Shown here one piece after another: positions 1-7,489 of a stretch of 49,123 nt of DNA. This DNA is from Acidimicrobiales bacterium. GTDB taxonomy: Bacteria > Actinomycetota > Acidimicrobiia > Acidimicrobiales > AC-14. The DNA is taken from NCBI GenBank assembly GCA_050742415.1, contig JBOGIF010000045.1, positions 1-49,123 of the forward strand. The letters are read 5' to 3'. Below the pieces are notes generated by a model. It was given only the letters and a program-made list of their open reading frames with translations, ran no database searches and had not been told where the DNA came from. A program made the translations under genes and the position numbers. Each line of letters opens with the position of its first letter. Position 1 is the first letter of the stretch.

Positions 1-1
1 C

Positions 2-214
2 CTGACCGAAGCACTCGCTCTCGACCCGGTGCCGGTGGACGATTCGGTTGCCGAGGCTTGGTCGAGACTTCGCCTGCTCTTGCGAGACAGCGGCCAGCGC
101 ATGGGGGTCAACGACTCGTGGATCGCGGCCACCGCCATGGCGCATGGCATCCCGGTAGTCACCCAGGACGGCGATTACGTCGACGTTGAGGGTCTCGACG
201 TGCTCGTCGTTTGA
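2..214 (+). CDS. PIN-domain toxin (VapC-like), C-terminal fragment; 5' end lies outside the window
   Basis: Reading frame is open to the window edge. The C-terminal sequence ...SRLRLLLRDSGQRMGVNDSWIAATAMAHGIPVVTQDGDY... looks like the C-terminal half of PIN/VapC toxins. Confidence 0.6.
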   Translation: MTEALALDPVPVDDSVAEAWSRLRLLLRDSGQRMGVNDSWIAATAMAHGIPVVTQDGDYVDVEGLDVLVV

Positions 215-256
215 GACCGAGGCCGACGCTCGTTAGGACGCGTCGGCCTCGGTCTC
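213..256. terminator. Perfect 17-bp inverted repeat between convergent gene ends (candidate bidirectional terminator)
   Basis: GAGACCGAGGCCGACGC (213-229) and GCGTCGGCCTCGGTCTC (240-256) are exact reverse complements with a 10-nt loop. The left arm starts right after the PIN stop (212-214). The right arm lies in the last codons of the HAD gene. Confidence 0.5.
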
Positions 257-1432
257 GGTTTCGGGGCAGCAGTCCGTGTGTCCACGGTTGCGGCGGGAGA
301 CCAGCCGGACGAGGTCGCCGGCCATCCCGGTCATGTTGTGGGCGGCGATGCGCGGCAGTGAGTACCGGCAGCCGTCGTCGGGCTGGCTGCTGGCCAGTGG
401 CGAGATGTGGTCGACATGGGCCGACACCCGGTTGTCCTCGCCGAAGGTGACGTGGAGGCTGCGGCGCTGTGCCACCTCGCGCAGCGAGATCTCGCCGCGG
501 TGGAACAGGGCGCCGAGGCGTGTGTCGCGACGGAACCGGCCACTCGCTTCGAGCTGGCGCAACAGGTCCTCGGGGTCGTCAGCCTTGAAGTGGTGGGTGC
601 GGCCCGACGGGGCCATGCCGGCCGGGCGCAACGACGACTCGAGCCCGAGGGCTCGGAAGCGGTCATGCACCACGACCGTCGGCTGGCGCCGGTCTCGCTT
701 GGGGCCTTCCACGTCGTGGACTGGCCATCCGCGGTCATCGGCCACCCGGCGAAGCTTGTCGTCGGGGTTGACGACCGCCGGCCGGCCCACGAGCTCCAGC
801 AAGGGCAGGTCGTTGATGCTGTCGGAGTAGGCGACCGACTCGTTCAGGTTGATCCCCGCCGTCGCCGCGTGCGCCTCCACTGCGGACGCCTTGGCTGCTC
901 CGCGCAGGACCGAGCCTTCCAGGCGTCCGCTGTAGCGCTGGGCGTCGTCGACCTCGGCGCGGGTGCCGAGGCTCCCGGTCATGCCAAGTCCCTCCGCCAC
1001 GACCTGGGCCACCTCCGCGGGGGCAGCGGTGGCGACGAAGGTCAGGTCCCCGGCGCAGCGGTGCTGCTCGATGAGCTTGGCGATGTCCGGGAAGACGCGA
1101 GGAACTATCCGCTCGTGGGTGATCTCACGGGCGAGTGCCTCGATGTCTGGCCGACGACGTCCGGCCACGAACTCGAGGGCAGCGTTCGTGGAGCTCTCCA
1201 CTTGGGGGGCGGTCTCGAGGACTCCCCGGGACCGGTACTGCTCCCAGGCGAAGCGGGCGATCTCACGGGTGCGGAAGAAGTCACGCTGGTGCAGGCCCTG
1301 GGCGACCAGGAACAGGCTGGACCCGTGGATCAAGGTCTTGTCGAGGCCGAAGAAGGCCGCTCGCCGTTGTTCGGCGCCGAATTCCGGTTCGGTGGGAGGT
1401 GGCAGGTCGTGCGCGTCCAAGATTGCGTTCAT
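233..1432 (-). CDS. HAD-IB family hydrolase (SerB-like phosphatase fold) fused to a ~130-aa C-terminal domain of unknown function
   Basis: N-terminal ~260 aa carry HAD motifs (FFGLDKTLI..., ...YSDSINDLPLLELVGRPAVVNPD). The C-terminal part (HHFKADDPEDLL...VSAHVDHISPL...CRYSLPRIAAHN) is paralogous to the stand-alone ORF 18341-18787. Confidence 0.8.
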   Translation of the reverse strand: MNAILDAHDLPPPTEPEFGAEQRRAAFFGLDKTLIHGSSLFLVAQGLHQRDFFRTREIARFAWEQYRSRGVLETAPQVESSTNAALEFVAGRRRPDIEALAREITHERIVPRVFPDIAKLIEQHRCAGDLTFVATAAPAEVAQVVAEGLGMTGSLGTRAEVDDAQRYSGRLEGSVLRGAAKASAVEAHAATAGINLNESVAYSDSINDLPLLELVGRPAVVNPDDKLRRVADDRGWPVHDVEGPKRDRRQPTVVVHDRFRALGLESSLRPAGMAPSGRTHHFKADDPEDLLRQLEASGRFRRDTRLGALFHRGEISLREVAQRRSLHVTFGEDNRVSAHVDHISPLASSQPDDGCRYSLPRIAAHNMTGMAGDLVRLVSRRNRGHTDCCPETETEADAS

Positions 1433-1520
1433 GAGGGAGAACCTTTCCGTCGAGGGGTGAGGCGCCTTGAAGCAATGCGTGGGGTCTCGCCAAGGGCTCT
1501 GTTAAACGGTACCAGGACTT

Positions 1521-1536
1521 CGTGAAAAGTTTCACG
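1521..1536. promoter_or_regulatory. Palindrome CGTGAAA-AG-TTTCACG in an AT-richer stretch upstream of the HAD gene (possible operator)
   Basis: 7-bp perfect arms with a 2-nt spacer, about 90 nt upstream of the ATG at 1432, in the only low-GC patch of this intergenic region. Confidence 0.3.
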
Positions 1537-1650
1537 TATTAACCGGGGAACCTCTCCGATCTCTCGGGGCTCACTTTACGCGGCGGGGGTGACGGCCAGG
1601 TTCCCACGAGAAGGCGGCGGGATGAACACGTCAGCACACCCATCTGACGT

Positions 1651-1896
1651 CTACTTGGGCCGACGCCCGACTGCGTACCAGATCGACGACGCCACCAACC
1701 ACGTGGCATTGGTGGCGACCGCCGACGGCTCGCCCCGGACCGCCCAGCCGGCGACTATGGCGGCGACGGCAACGTGGTGCACGGCGAGCCAACGCCATCG
1801 CCGTTCGCGGACCACCGGCACGAAGCGTGTGATCACCGCGATCGAGGTTGGGTAACCGAAGGCGAAGAGGGCAGTGGCAACTGCGGTTGACGACAA
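1651..1896 (-). CDS. Small hydrophobic membrane protein, function unknown
   Basis: 81-aa ORF with 2-3 hydrophobic segments. It starts 2 nt after the stop of the upstream DUF983-like gene and shows G/C third-position bias. Confidence 0.5.
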   Translation of the reverse strand: MSSTAVATALFAFGYPTSIAVITRFVPVVRERRWRWLAVHHVAVAAIVAGWAVRGEPSAVATNATWLVASSIWYAVGRRPK

Positions 1897-1897
1897 T

Positions 1898-2293
1898 TCA
1901 ATCCTCGTCCCGCGGCTCGGTGGTTTCGGACGGGCGCATGATCAGGTCTATCGCGGTCCAGAGCGTCTTGGAGAACGGGTAGAAGATCAGCGGCGCCAGC
2001 AGGGCGGCCACGAGCCCACCCGCAACCACGCCGGCCACGCCCGCGTCGGGGTCCCGCGCCAGCAAGACGATGAGAGGCACGACGCCCACTGCGAGGAGCA
2101 GGCCCTCGGTGACGGCCAGGTTCACGACGTAGGCACCGAGAAAGAAGCCCTCCTCCCGCTCGAAGCGGTAGCCGCATCCCGGGCATCGCTCGCGCATGCG
2201 GAACCACCCGGTGAACAGACCACCGCTCCCGCAGAGGGGGCACCGTCGCCTCAGGCCGCGCCACAGCATTTTCCGGGTGGTCGGCGCCGTCAC
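1898..2293 (-). CDS. DUF983-like zinc-ribbon membrane protein
   Basis: N-terminal CPLCG...CPGCG zinc ribbon followed by two TM segments, the typical DUF983 layout. Its GTG start overlaps the upstream stop (GTGA). Confidence 0.75.
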   Translation of the reverse strand: MTAPTTRKMLWRGLRRRCPLCGSGGLFTGWFRMRERCPGCGYRFEREEGFFLGAYVVNLAVTEGLLLAVGVVPLIVLLARDPDAGVAGVVAGGLVAALLAPLIFYPFSKTLWTAIDLIMRPSETTEPRDED

Positions 2294-2859
2294 CGCTGTA
2301 GTCGGTCGCTGGCCAAGATCTCGGCCGCGCTGACTGCCATCCAGAGGTGGCCCAGCGTGAGCCCGATCCGCTGGAACAGGCCGGGATCAGGGCCGAGGAG
2401 ACTCGCCGCCAGCGAAGCCGCCGCCAACGCCCCGGTGGCCCTCGACGCCACGAGGGCTCGACCGCTACCGCCCGCTCCACCGGCAGCGAGCAGCGGAAGC
2501 GCCGCCAGGCTGAGATAGCCGGCACCCGCGAAAAGCCCGTGGAGGGTGTCGACGACGTGGGAGCCCGAACCGAGCGGGAAGGCGGCGGCCCCGAGGGTGG
2601 ACAGGCCGGTACCCACAGCCGCGACCCAGGCCGGCCCCGGGCGGGCCGAGCGCAGCGCCAGCCCGTAGAGCGGGGCACCGATTCCGAGGGCCACGAACCC
2701 AGCGGTCATCAGCGGGCGGGTGGGTGCCCCGACCGCAGCCAACCGGCTGATGGCGTCGCGGGTGGGGAAGTAGCCCGGCTGGCCGGTCCCGAGCAGCGAC
2801 CACGCCGAGACGAACGCGGCCGGGCCGACCACGCCGCCGACGGCGAGGGTACGAGTCAC
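2290..2859 (-). CDS. Polytopic membrane protein (DUF998-like)
   Basis: Gly/Ala/Leu-rich multi-TM protein. Start placed at GTG 2859 (VTRTLAVGG...), because the longer track ORF would overlap the upstream gene. The start is uncertain. Confidence 0.6.
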   Translation of the reverse strand: MTRTLAVGGVVGPAAFVSAWSLLGTGQPGYFPTRDAISRLAAVGAPTRPLMTAGFVALGIGAPLYGLALRSARPGPAWVAAVGTGLSTLGAAAFPLGSGSHVVDTLHGLFAGAGYLSLAALPLLAAGGAGGSGRALVASRATGALAAASLAASLLGPDPGLFQRIGLTLGHLWMAVSAAEILASDRLQR

Positions 2860-2876
2860 CCTGGGCGTGACGGCGT

Positions 2877-3194
2877 CTACCCGAAGGTCATGCTGCTGAG
2901 GGCGGCGACGATGAATATGACCGCCAGCACGGTAAGGACCAGCCCGACCCAACCGAGGACGATGCCGGCCGTCGCCATCCCCTGGCCGGCTTCACCTCGG
3001 TCGGCGATCTGGCGCCGGCCCACGTAGCCGAAGACGAGGGCCAGGATGGCGGGCAGGAAGACGAACGGGAGCACCAGGCCGAGGATCCCGCACACGAGCG
3101 AGGCAACCGCCATCCCGTTGGTCCGACCACTCGACGCGGGAGGCTGGGGCGGGGCCCACTCCGGTTGGCCGCCGGGCGCGGCAGGGACGCTCAC
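2877..3194 (-). CDS. DUF4190-like small membrane protein
   Basis: The C-terminal 78 aa (MAVASLVCGILGLVLPFVFLPAILALVFGYVGRRQI...GIVLGWVGLVLTVLAVIFIV) form the two-TM DUF4190 pattern. A GTG at 3194 overlaps the MBL stop (GTGA). An ATG at 3113 is an alternative start. Confidence 0.65.
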   Translation of the reverse strand: MSVPAAPGGQPEWAPPQPPASSGRTNGMAVASLVCGILGLVLPFVFLPAILALVFGYVGRRQIADRGEAGQGMATAGIVLGWVGLVLTVLAVIFIVAALSSMTFG

Positions 3195-3925
3195 GGCATC
3201 CGCGACAGCAGCCGGTGCTCGTAGCCGTCGGCCAGGGCATGGAGGGCTTCCACGCAGTCGCCCTCGTAGGACGAGCCGTGCATGAGGGCGAGGGTGCGGG
3301 GTTCCAGGTCGGCCAGCCGCCGGATCAACGGGGCCGTGCCGGGCATGAGGCAGGTGGCGGCGGCGGTGTCCTCGTCGGTAGCCAGGGCCCGCTCGACCAC
3401 GTCGTCCTCGCGCACCGCCGGGCCCGGGCCGCCGTGGGTGAACAGGTCCCCGCACAGCAGCGTGGAGGTGCGTTCCTCGAAGAGGATCCCAGCGTCCCAG
3501 CCGTGGGGCACGTGCGGGGTGTCGATCCAGCGCACCCTCAGCCCACCGAGGTCGACGCGCTCCCCGTCGGCCAGGGCCCGGGGTGCCCGGTCGGCCAGGT
3601 CGCCCACGTTGACGTTGCAACCCACCGCGCCCTGGGCGGCCTGGGAATCGGGTGCGGCGGCCAGCCACTGGTTCATCGCCCCCATCTCGTCGGCCTCGGT
3701 GTGGCCGAACGCCAGCCAGCGGAGCGTGCGCACCTTGACCACCCTGCCCGCTGCCTCCTGGAGCATCGGGAACATGTGCCGGTAGCCGCAGTGGAAGAGC
3801 AATGGCTCGTCGGCCCGCAACAGGAACTGGTTGACGGTGAACCCATCGGTAGCCACGTCGGGGAAGAACGTCGACAGCCGGAAGATGTTGTCGGCGATCT
3901 CGTCGACCGCCGTCTTGAGCGTCAT
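3191..3925 (-). CDS. MBL-fold metallo-hydrolase
   Basis: 244-aa ORF with beta-lactamase-fold signatures (...FGHTEADEMGA..., ...TPHVPHGWD..., ...LMHGSS...). It starts 10 nt after the grdA stop. Confidence 0.8.
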   Translation of the reverse strand: MTLKTAVDEIADNIFRLSTFFPDVATDGFTVNQFLLRADEPLLFHCGYRHMFPMLQEAAGRVVKVRTLRWLAFGHTEADEMGAMNQWLAAAPDSQAAQGAVGCNVNVGDLADRAPRALADGERVDLGGLRVRWIDTPHVPHGWDAGILFEERTSTLLCGDLFTHGGPGPAVREDDVVERALATDEDTAAATCLMPGTAPLIRRLADLEPRTLALMHGSSYEGDCVEALHALADGYEHRLLSRMP

Positions 3926-3935
3926 CGCCCAGGCG

Positions 3936-4391
3936 TCAGCCCGGGGCGCGCATGGACCGCACCGCGGTGGCCAGGGCCTCGGCGTCGAGGACGTCGGCCA
4001 TCAGTCCGATCTGGGTCTCCCACACGTCGTCGGGCACCAAGGTCCGGACCTCTTCGTCGAGCACGTGGTACACGTCGAGGCCCAACTGGGCCCCAGCCAG
4101 TGCACCTGCGTAGGCCGGGTCCCCCGACACGACCGTCTCGGCTGCGATCTCGGCGGCTTCCGGGTCGGGAGCGCCGAGCAGCACGAGCAGGTTGCGGGGG
4201 CCGTGGGCCTCGGCCAGCCGGGCTATCGCCAGCTGACTCTGCAGGTCCATGGCGCCTGACGCCGTTCAGACGAAGCACTCGGTGGCGACGAACGCCACCG
4301 TGCCACCGGCCGCCGCTACACAGGCGGCGATGGCCGGACCGGGGACGCCGTCGCGTTCGCCCAGGGCGATCACCCGACGGTCCTCGAACAT
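3936..4391 (-). CDS. grdA: Glycine/sarcosine/betaine reductase complex selenoprotein A (GrdA); in-frame TGA (4266-4268) = selenocysteine
   Basis: Track ORFs 4266-4688 (tail MFEDRRVIALGERDGVPGPAIAACVAAAGGTVAFVATECFV) and 3936-4250 (MDLQSQ...) are in the same frame, separated only by TGA + TASGA. Joined, they read ...ATECFV-U-TASGAMDLQSQ..., which reproduces the GrdA ...ECFVUTAAGAMDLENQ... Sec motif. ATG at 4391. Confidence 0.9.
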
Positions 4392-4393
4392 GG

Positions 4394-4762
4394 TCAACTC
4401 ACCTCCCCGGCATTCTCGAGCGCCGGCTCGGCGCCTGCCGGCTCGCCCAGCTCCGAGTCGAGCCAGCCGGTCAGCTTGGCCGCAGACAGCGCCGGATCGG
4501 ACAGGCGGGCCACCTCCTGGCCGTCGCGGTAGAGCAGGAACGTGGGCAAGCCCATCACCCGAATCTGCATGCACAGGCGGCGGGCGGTAGGCGCCTCGAG
4601 CTTGACCACCCGCAGGTCGGCCCGGGACTCGGCGATCCCCTCGACTGTGGGCAGCAAGGCCAGGCACGGCCGGCACTGCGGCCCCCACACGTCGACGAGG
4701 ACAGTGCCAGCGGCGACGAGCTCGTGGAACGTGTCAGGGCTGGCATCCATTATCGGCATCAT
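4394..4762 (-). CDS. trxA: Thioredoxin
   Basis: WGPQCRPC active site and thioredoxin-fold length. ATG 4762 overlaps the grdC stop (ATGA). Sits between grdC and grdA, as thioredoxins do in grd operons. Confidence 0.85.
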   Translation of the reverse strand: MMPIMDASPDTFHELVAAGTVLVDVWGPQCRPCLALLPTVEGIAESRADLRVVKLEAPTARRLCMQIRVMGLPTFLLYRDGQEVARLSDPALSAAKLTGWLDSELGEPAGAEPALENAGEVS

Positions 4763-6192
4763 GAGTCGGACCCCCTTTTCGGATTGCGTTCGAGAAGCAC
4801 GCTCATCCCGTCGGAGAGCTGGCACATTCGTCCCAGGAACAGGCTGCCCTTGGCGATCATCTGGACCCTACTAGCACCCCCGGCGGTGAGCCGGTCGAGG
4901 GCGTGGGGCAGGTAGCACAGCGCAGACGCCAGGTGGCCCTGGGTGGGGGCGTAGCCGGGCATGCCCCGCTCGGCCACAAAGGCGGCGATGTCGGTGCGGG
5001 CGATGTCGCCCCTCTGGGCCGCCAGGGCGGCAATGGTGCGGTAGTTCCGCTCCGGCACGTTGCCCGAGCCCTGGGGCTCGGTGACCTGGGGGTCGTGCAG
5101 CTCGGTGGCGTAGTCGTCCACGTCGGTGGCCGACAGCCCCAGGCGCTCCAGCGGCTCGATGGACAGGGCGCCCATCACCTGGGCGTTGGAACCACCGGCG
5201 CTGACCCGGTGGCGCCCGACCGAGTCGAGGCGCAGTCGGGGCGAGGTCCAGTCGTCGGCCGTGAACAGGGCGGCGGCCCCGCCGAGCACGTCCTCCAGCA
5301 CTGGCAGGTCGTTGCGGAGGTGGCCCTGGAACTTCATGCCCAGCTTGGCCAGGGACCCTCCGGCCACCACCGCGACCCTCTCGAAGACACCCGCTGCCAC
5401 CAGGGAGCTGGCGACCACGAGGGCGGGAACGGGCGCGGCGCAGAAGTCCTTGACGTCGCACCCGGAGGCCTCGGTGAGGCCCACTGCTTCGGCCACCGCC
5501 TTGGCCATGTTGCCGCCACCGCGCTGGTAGCGATCCCCGATGGCCTCCTCGCCGCAGCCCACCACGTAGTCGATGGACGCCGGGTCGACGCCGGTCTGGT
5601 CGAGCAGGTGGAACAGGGCCAGGGTGGCGGTGGCCTTGGCCGCCAGGTTGTCGATCAGGACGCCGGCGGCCAGCGACGGGTCGTCGGCCTGGCCGCAGCG
5701 CATCACCGCCCCCTGGCGGAGGCGCAGAGCCCCGGCCTCGGCGGCCACCGCTTCCACGTCGCCCCTGGCCCGGTCGATGCCCTCGAGGTTCAGCCGCTTG
5801 GCGAGAGGGTGGGCGGCCAGGGCCTTGGCCGCCTCGTCGGCCAGCTCGTCCGACAGAACGAGGAGCCCGAACTCGTCGACTGTCGCCGCAAGACCCAGCA
5901 GCTCGTGCTCGGGCATCAGCTCGCCGGCCCGTCCCCATCTCGACGCCGACACGACTGCGCCGGGCTGGTAGGGCCGAGGAGGCAGGTCGCGAGGGTGGAT
6001 GGTGTTCAGGTATGCCTGGTGGGGCGGGTAGGCGACGGCCTCGTCGAATTCACGCAGGGCGGCGGCGAAGGCGGCCTCGACCGCCGGGTTCTTCGCAAGC
6101 TCGCGGCTCGGTTTCGAGCCGTGGCGGGCCAGGCCGGGCACGTGGGCCAGGACCTGGGTGGCGGCCGGGATGACGACCTCAGGCATTCTCAT
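4759..6192 (-). CDS. grdC: Glycine reductase complex component C, beta subunit-like (GrdC; thiolase/FabH-like)
   Basis: 477 aa. The conserved stretch ...YVVGCGEEAIGDRYQRGGGNMAKAVAEAVGL...GCDVKDFCAAP... matches GrdC as I recall it. Context is between grdB and trx/grdA. The start could be the second ATG at 6186. Confidence 0.8.
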   Translation of the reverse strand: MRMPEVVIPAATQVLAHVPGLARHGSKPSRELAKNPAVEAAFAAALREFDEAVAYPPHQAYLNTIHPRDLPPRPYQPGAVVSASRWGRAGELMPEHELLGLAATVDEFGLLVLSDELADEAAKALAAHPLAKRLNLEGIDRARGDVEAVAAEAGALRLRQGAVMRCGQADDPSLAAGVLIDNLAAKATATLALFHLLDQTGVDPASIDYVVGCGEEAIGDRYQRGGGNMAKAVAEAVGLTEASGCDVKDFCAAPVPALVVASSLVAAGVFERVAVVAGGSLAKLGMKFQGHLRNDLPVLEDVLGGAAALFTADDWTSPRLRLDSVGRHRVSAGGSNAQVMGALSIEPLERLGLSATDVDDYATELHDPQVTEPQGSGNVPERNYRTIAALAAQRGDIARTDIAAFVAERGMPGYAPTQGHLASALCYLPHALDRLTAGGASRVQMIAKGSLFLGRMCQLSDGMSVLLERNPKRGSDS

Positions 6193-7489
6193 CCACCTCG
6201 AAGACAGTTGGGGCCGACACCGGTGTGCTGACCGCCTGTAGGGCTCTTTTCAGAAGTGACCGTCGCCACGCCCGCTCGGCGGCGGGTTCGAGCGATGGGT
6301 CCCCGGTGGGATAGGGGATGCCCCGGGTCGGCACGATGCGAGGCGCCCCCACGCGCACCGCGATCGACACCAGGTTGCAGAGCAGGGCCGTGGGTATCCC
6401 GGCTCGCTCCAGCTCCTTCGCAAGCGTTGCCCCGCAACGCGTCCCGGTTCCTCACGTGGCCGTCAGGATCGCAGCCCGGGCCTCGGAATGGTGGAGGTCG
6501 GCGGCCCACTCGATGCCGAACCGCCGGGCATTCCCCACCGAGGTGCCGTTGCCGGTGGTCACGAAGTACTCGCCAGCGAGCCGGCCGACTGCGCCCTCGC
6601 TCTCCAGCTCCCGGGCGGTGTCGAGGGGCAGTATCCGGTGCGGATCGGCGTTGGCCCAGGCGGTGGAGAAGCCACCGTGGACGGACCGCCACTGGCCGGG
6701 CTCCAGGCTCCCCACGCCGTCAAGGCGGTAGCGCAGCCATCGGGTGGCCCGCGCCGACTCGAGGTTGCCGGGATTGTCGTCGGGCACCAGGCCGCCCTCG
6801 GTGAGCAGGGCGACCGTGACGTTCGCCAGGTCGGTCACCGGCGCCGCCGGCGTGACCCGGTCGAAGCGGGGGAGTGGCACCTCGGTGGTGGTGGTGTCGC
6901 CGCCCAGCCGGGCCAGCACCAGGTCCACAGCGCGCTCGGCGGCCGAGCGGGAGGCGAGCCGCGAGATCCGGGGCACGCTGCCCACTCGGCCCTCGGCGGC
7001 GGTGAGGGGACGGCCGGACGCCACCACGGCCACGGCAGCGGCCAGCGCTTCCAGCGAGGGGCCCATACCCCGGGCAACCTCGGTGCTGGCCACGACCGGA
7101 GCTCCGGCCGCCTCGTCGAGCCCGGGATTGTCGCCGTGCATGGAGGCGAGGGCCGGCAGGCCTGCGGCGGTGGCGGCTGCCACCAGCCGGGCGCAGGCCA
7201 GCCCGTAGCGGCCGCTGGTGAACGCCGGACCGGCCACCACGAGGTCGGGCTCCGCCGCCGTGACCAGACCCAGGATCTCGTCGATGGCGCCGGTGGTGCC
7301 GGCGGCGTAGTCGTCGCCGCAGGAGACGGTCGCCACGATCTTGTACTCGTCGCCCAGGAGCTGGGCCAGTCGGCGGCCAGGACCGACCGGCCCCGGCGTC
7401 GACGCAGGAGCGGTCCCGGCCGCGTCCTCGCCGCCCACCCCGGCGAAGAACTGGTTGACGTAGTGGACGACGCGGGTCACTGGTGTCAC
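6179..7489 (-). CDS. grdB: Glycine/sarcosine/betaine reductase component B selenoprotein (GrdB family); in-frame TGA (6452-6454) = selenocysteine
   Basis: ORF 6452-7489 (MTPVTRVVHYVNQFFAGVGGED...AAILTAT) continues in the same frame after TGA as GTGTRCGATLAKELERAGIPTALLCNLVSIAVRVGAPRIVPTRGIPYPTGDPSL... (includes track ORF 6179-6370). This gives the GrdB ...T-U-GTxTRCGAT... motif. Total is 436 codons, the usual GrdB size. Confidence 0.9.
6424..6440 (-). promoter_or_regulatory. Candidate bacterial SECIS hairpin for the grdB UGA
   Basis: On the mRNA strand, GCGUUGC-GGG-GCAACGC (7-bp stem, G-rich triloop) begins 11 nt after the UGA. This is the expected position of a bacterial SECIS. Confidence 0.4.

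Noticed and set aside
4200-4265. SECIS element for grdA
   Set aside because: I could find only a weak 4-bp stem (GGCG-UCAGG-CGCC) right after the UGA. It is not convincing by eye, so no feature was called. It needs a proper bSECIS model.
3215-4915. 566-aa plus-strand ORF (and the nested 3282-3785, 3831-4259, 4249-4590 ORFs)
   Set aside because: It is antisense to the MBL, grdA and thioredoxin genes, which have clear family signatures. The translation is Arg/Gly/Pro-rich low-complexity, typical of shadow ORFs in GC-rich DNA.
6189-6692. 167-aa ORF and the separate 63-aa ORF 6179-6370
   Set aside because: The 63-aa ORF is the C-terminal part of grdB after the Sec-UGA. The 167-aa ORF is an out-of-frame overlap.
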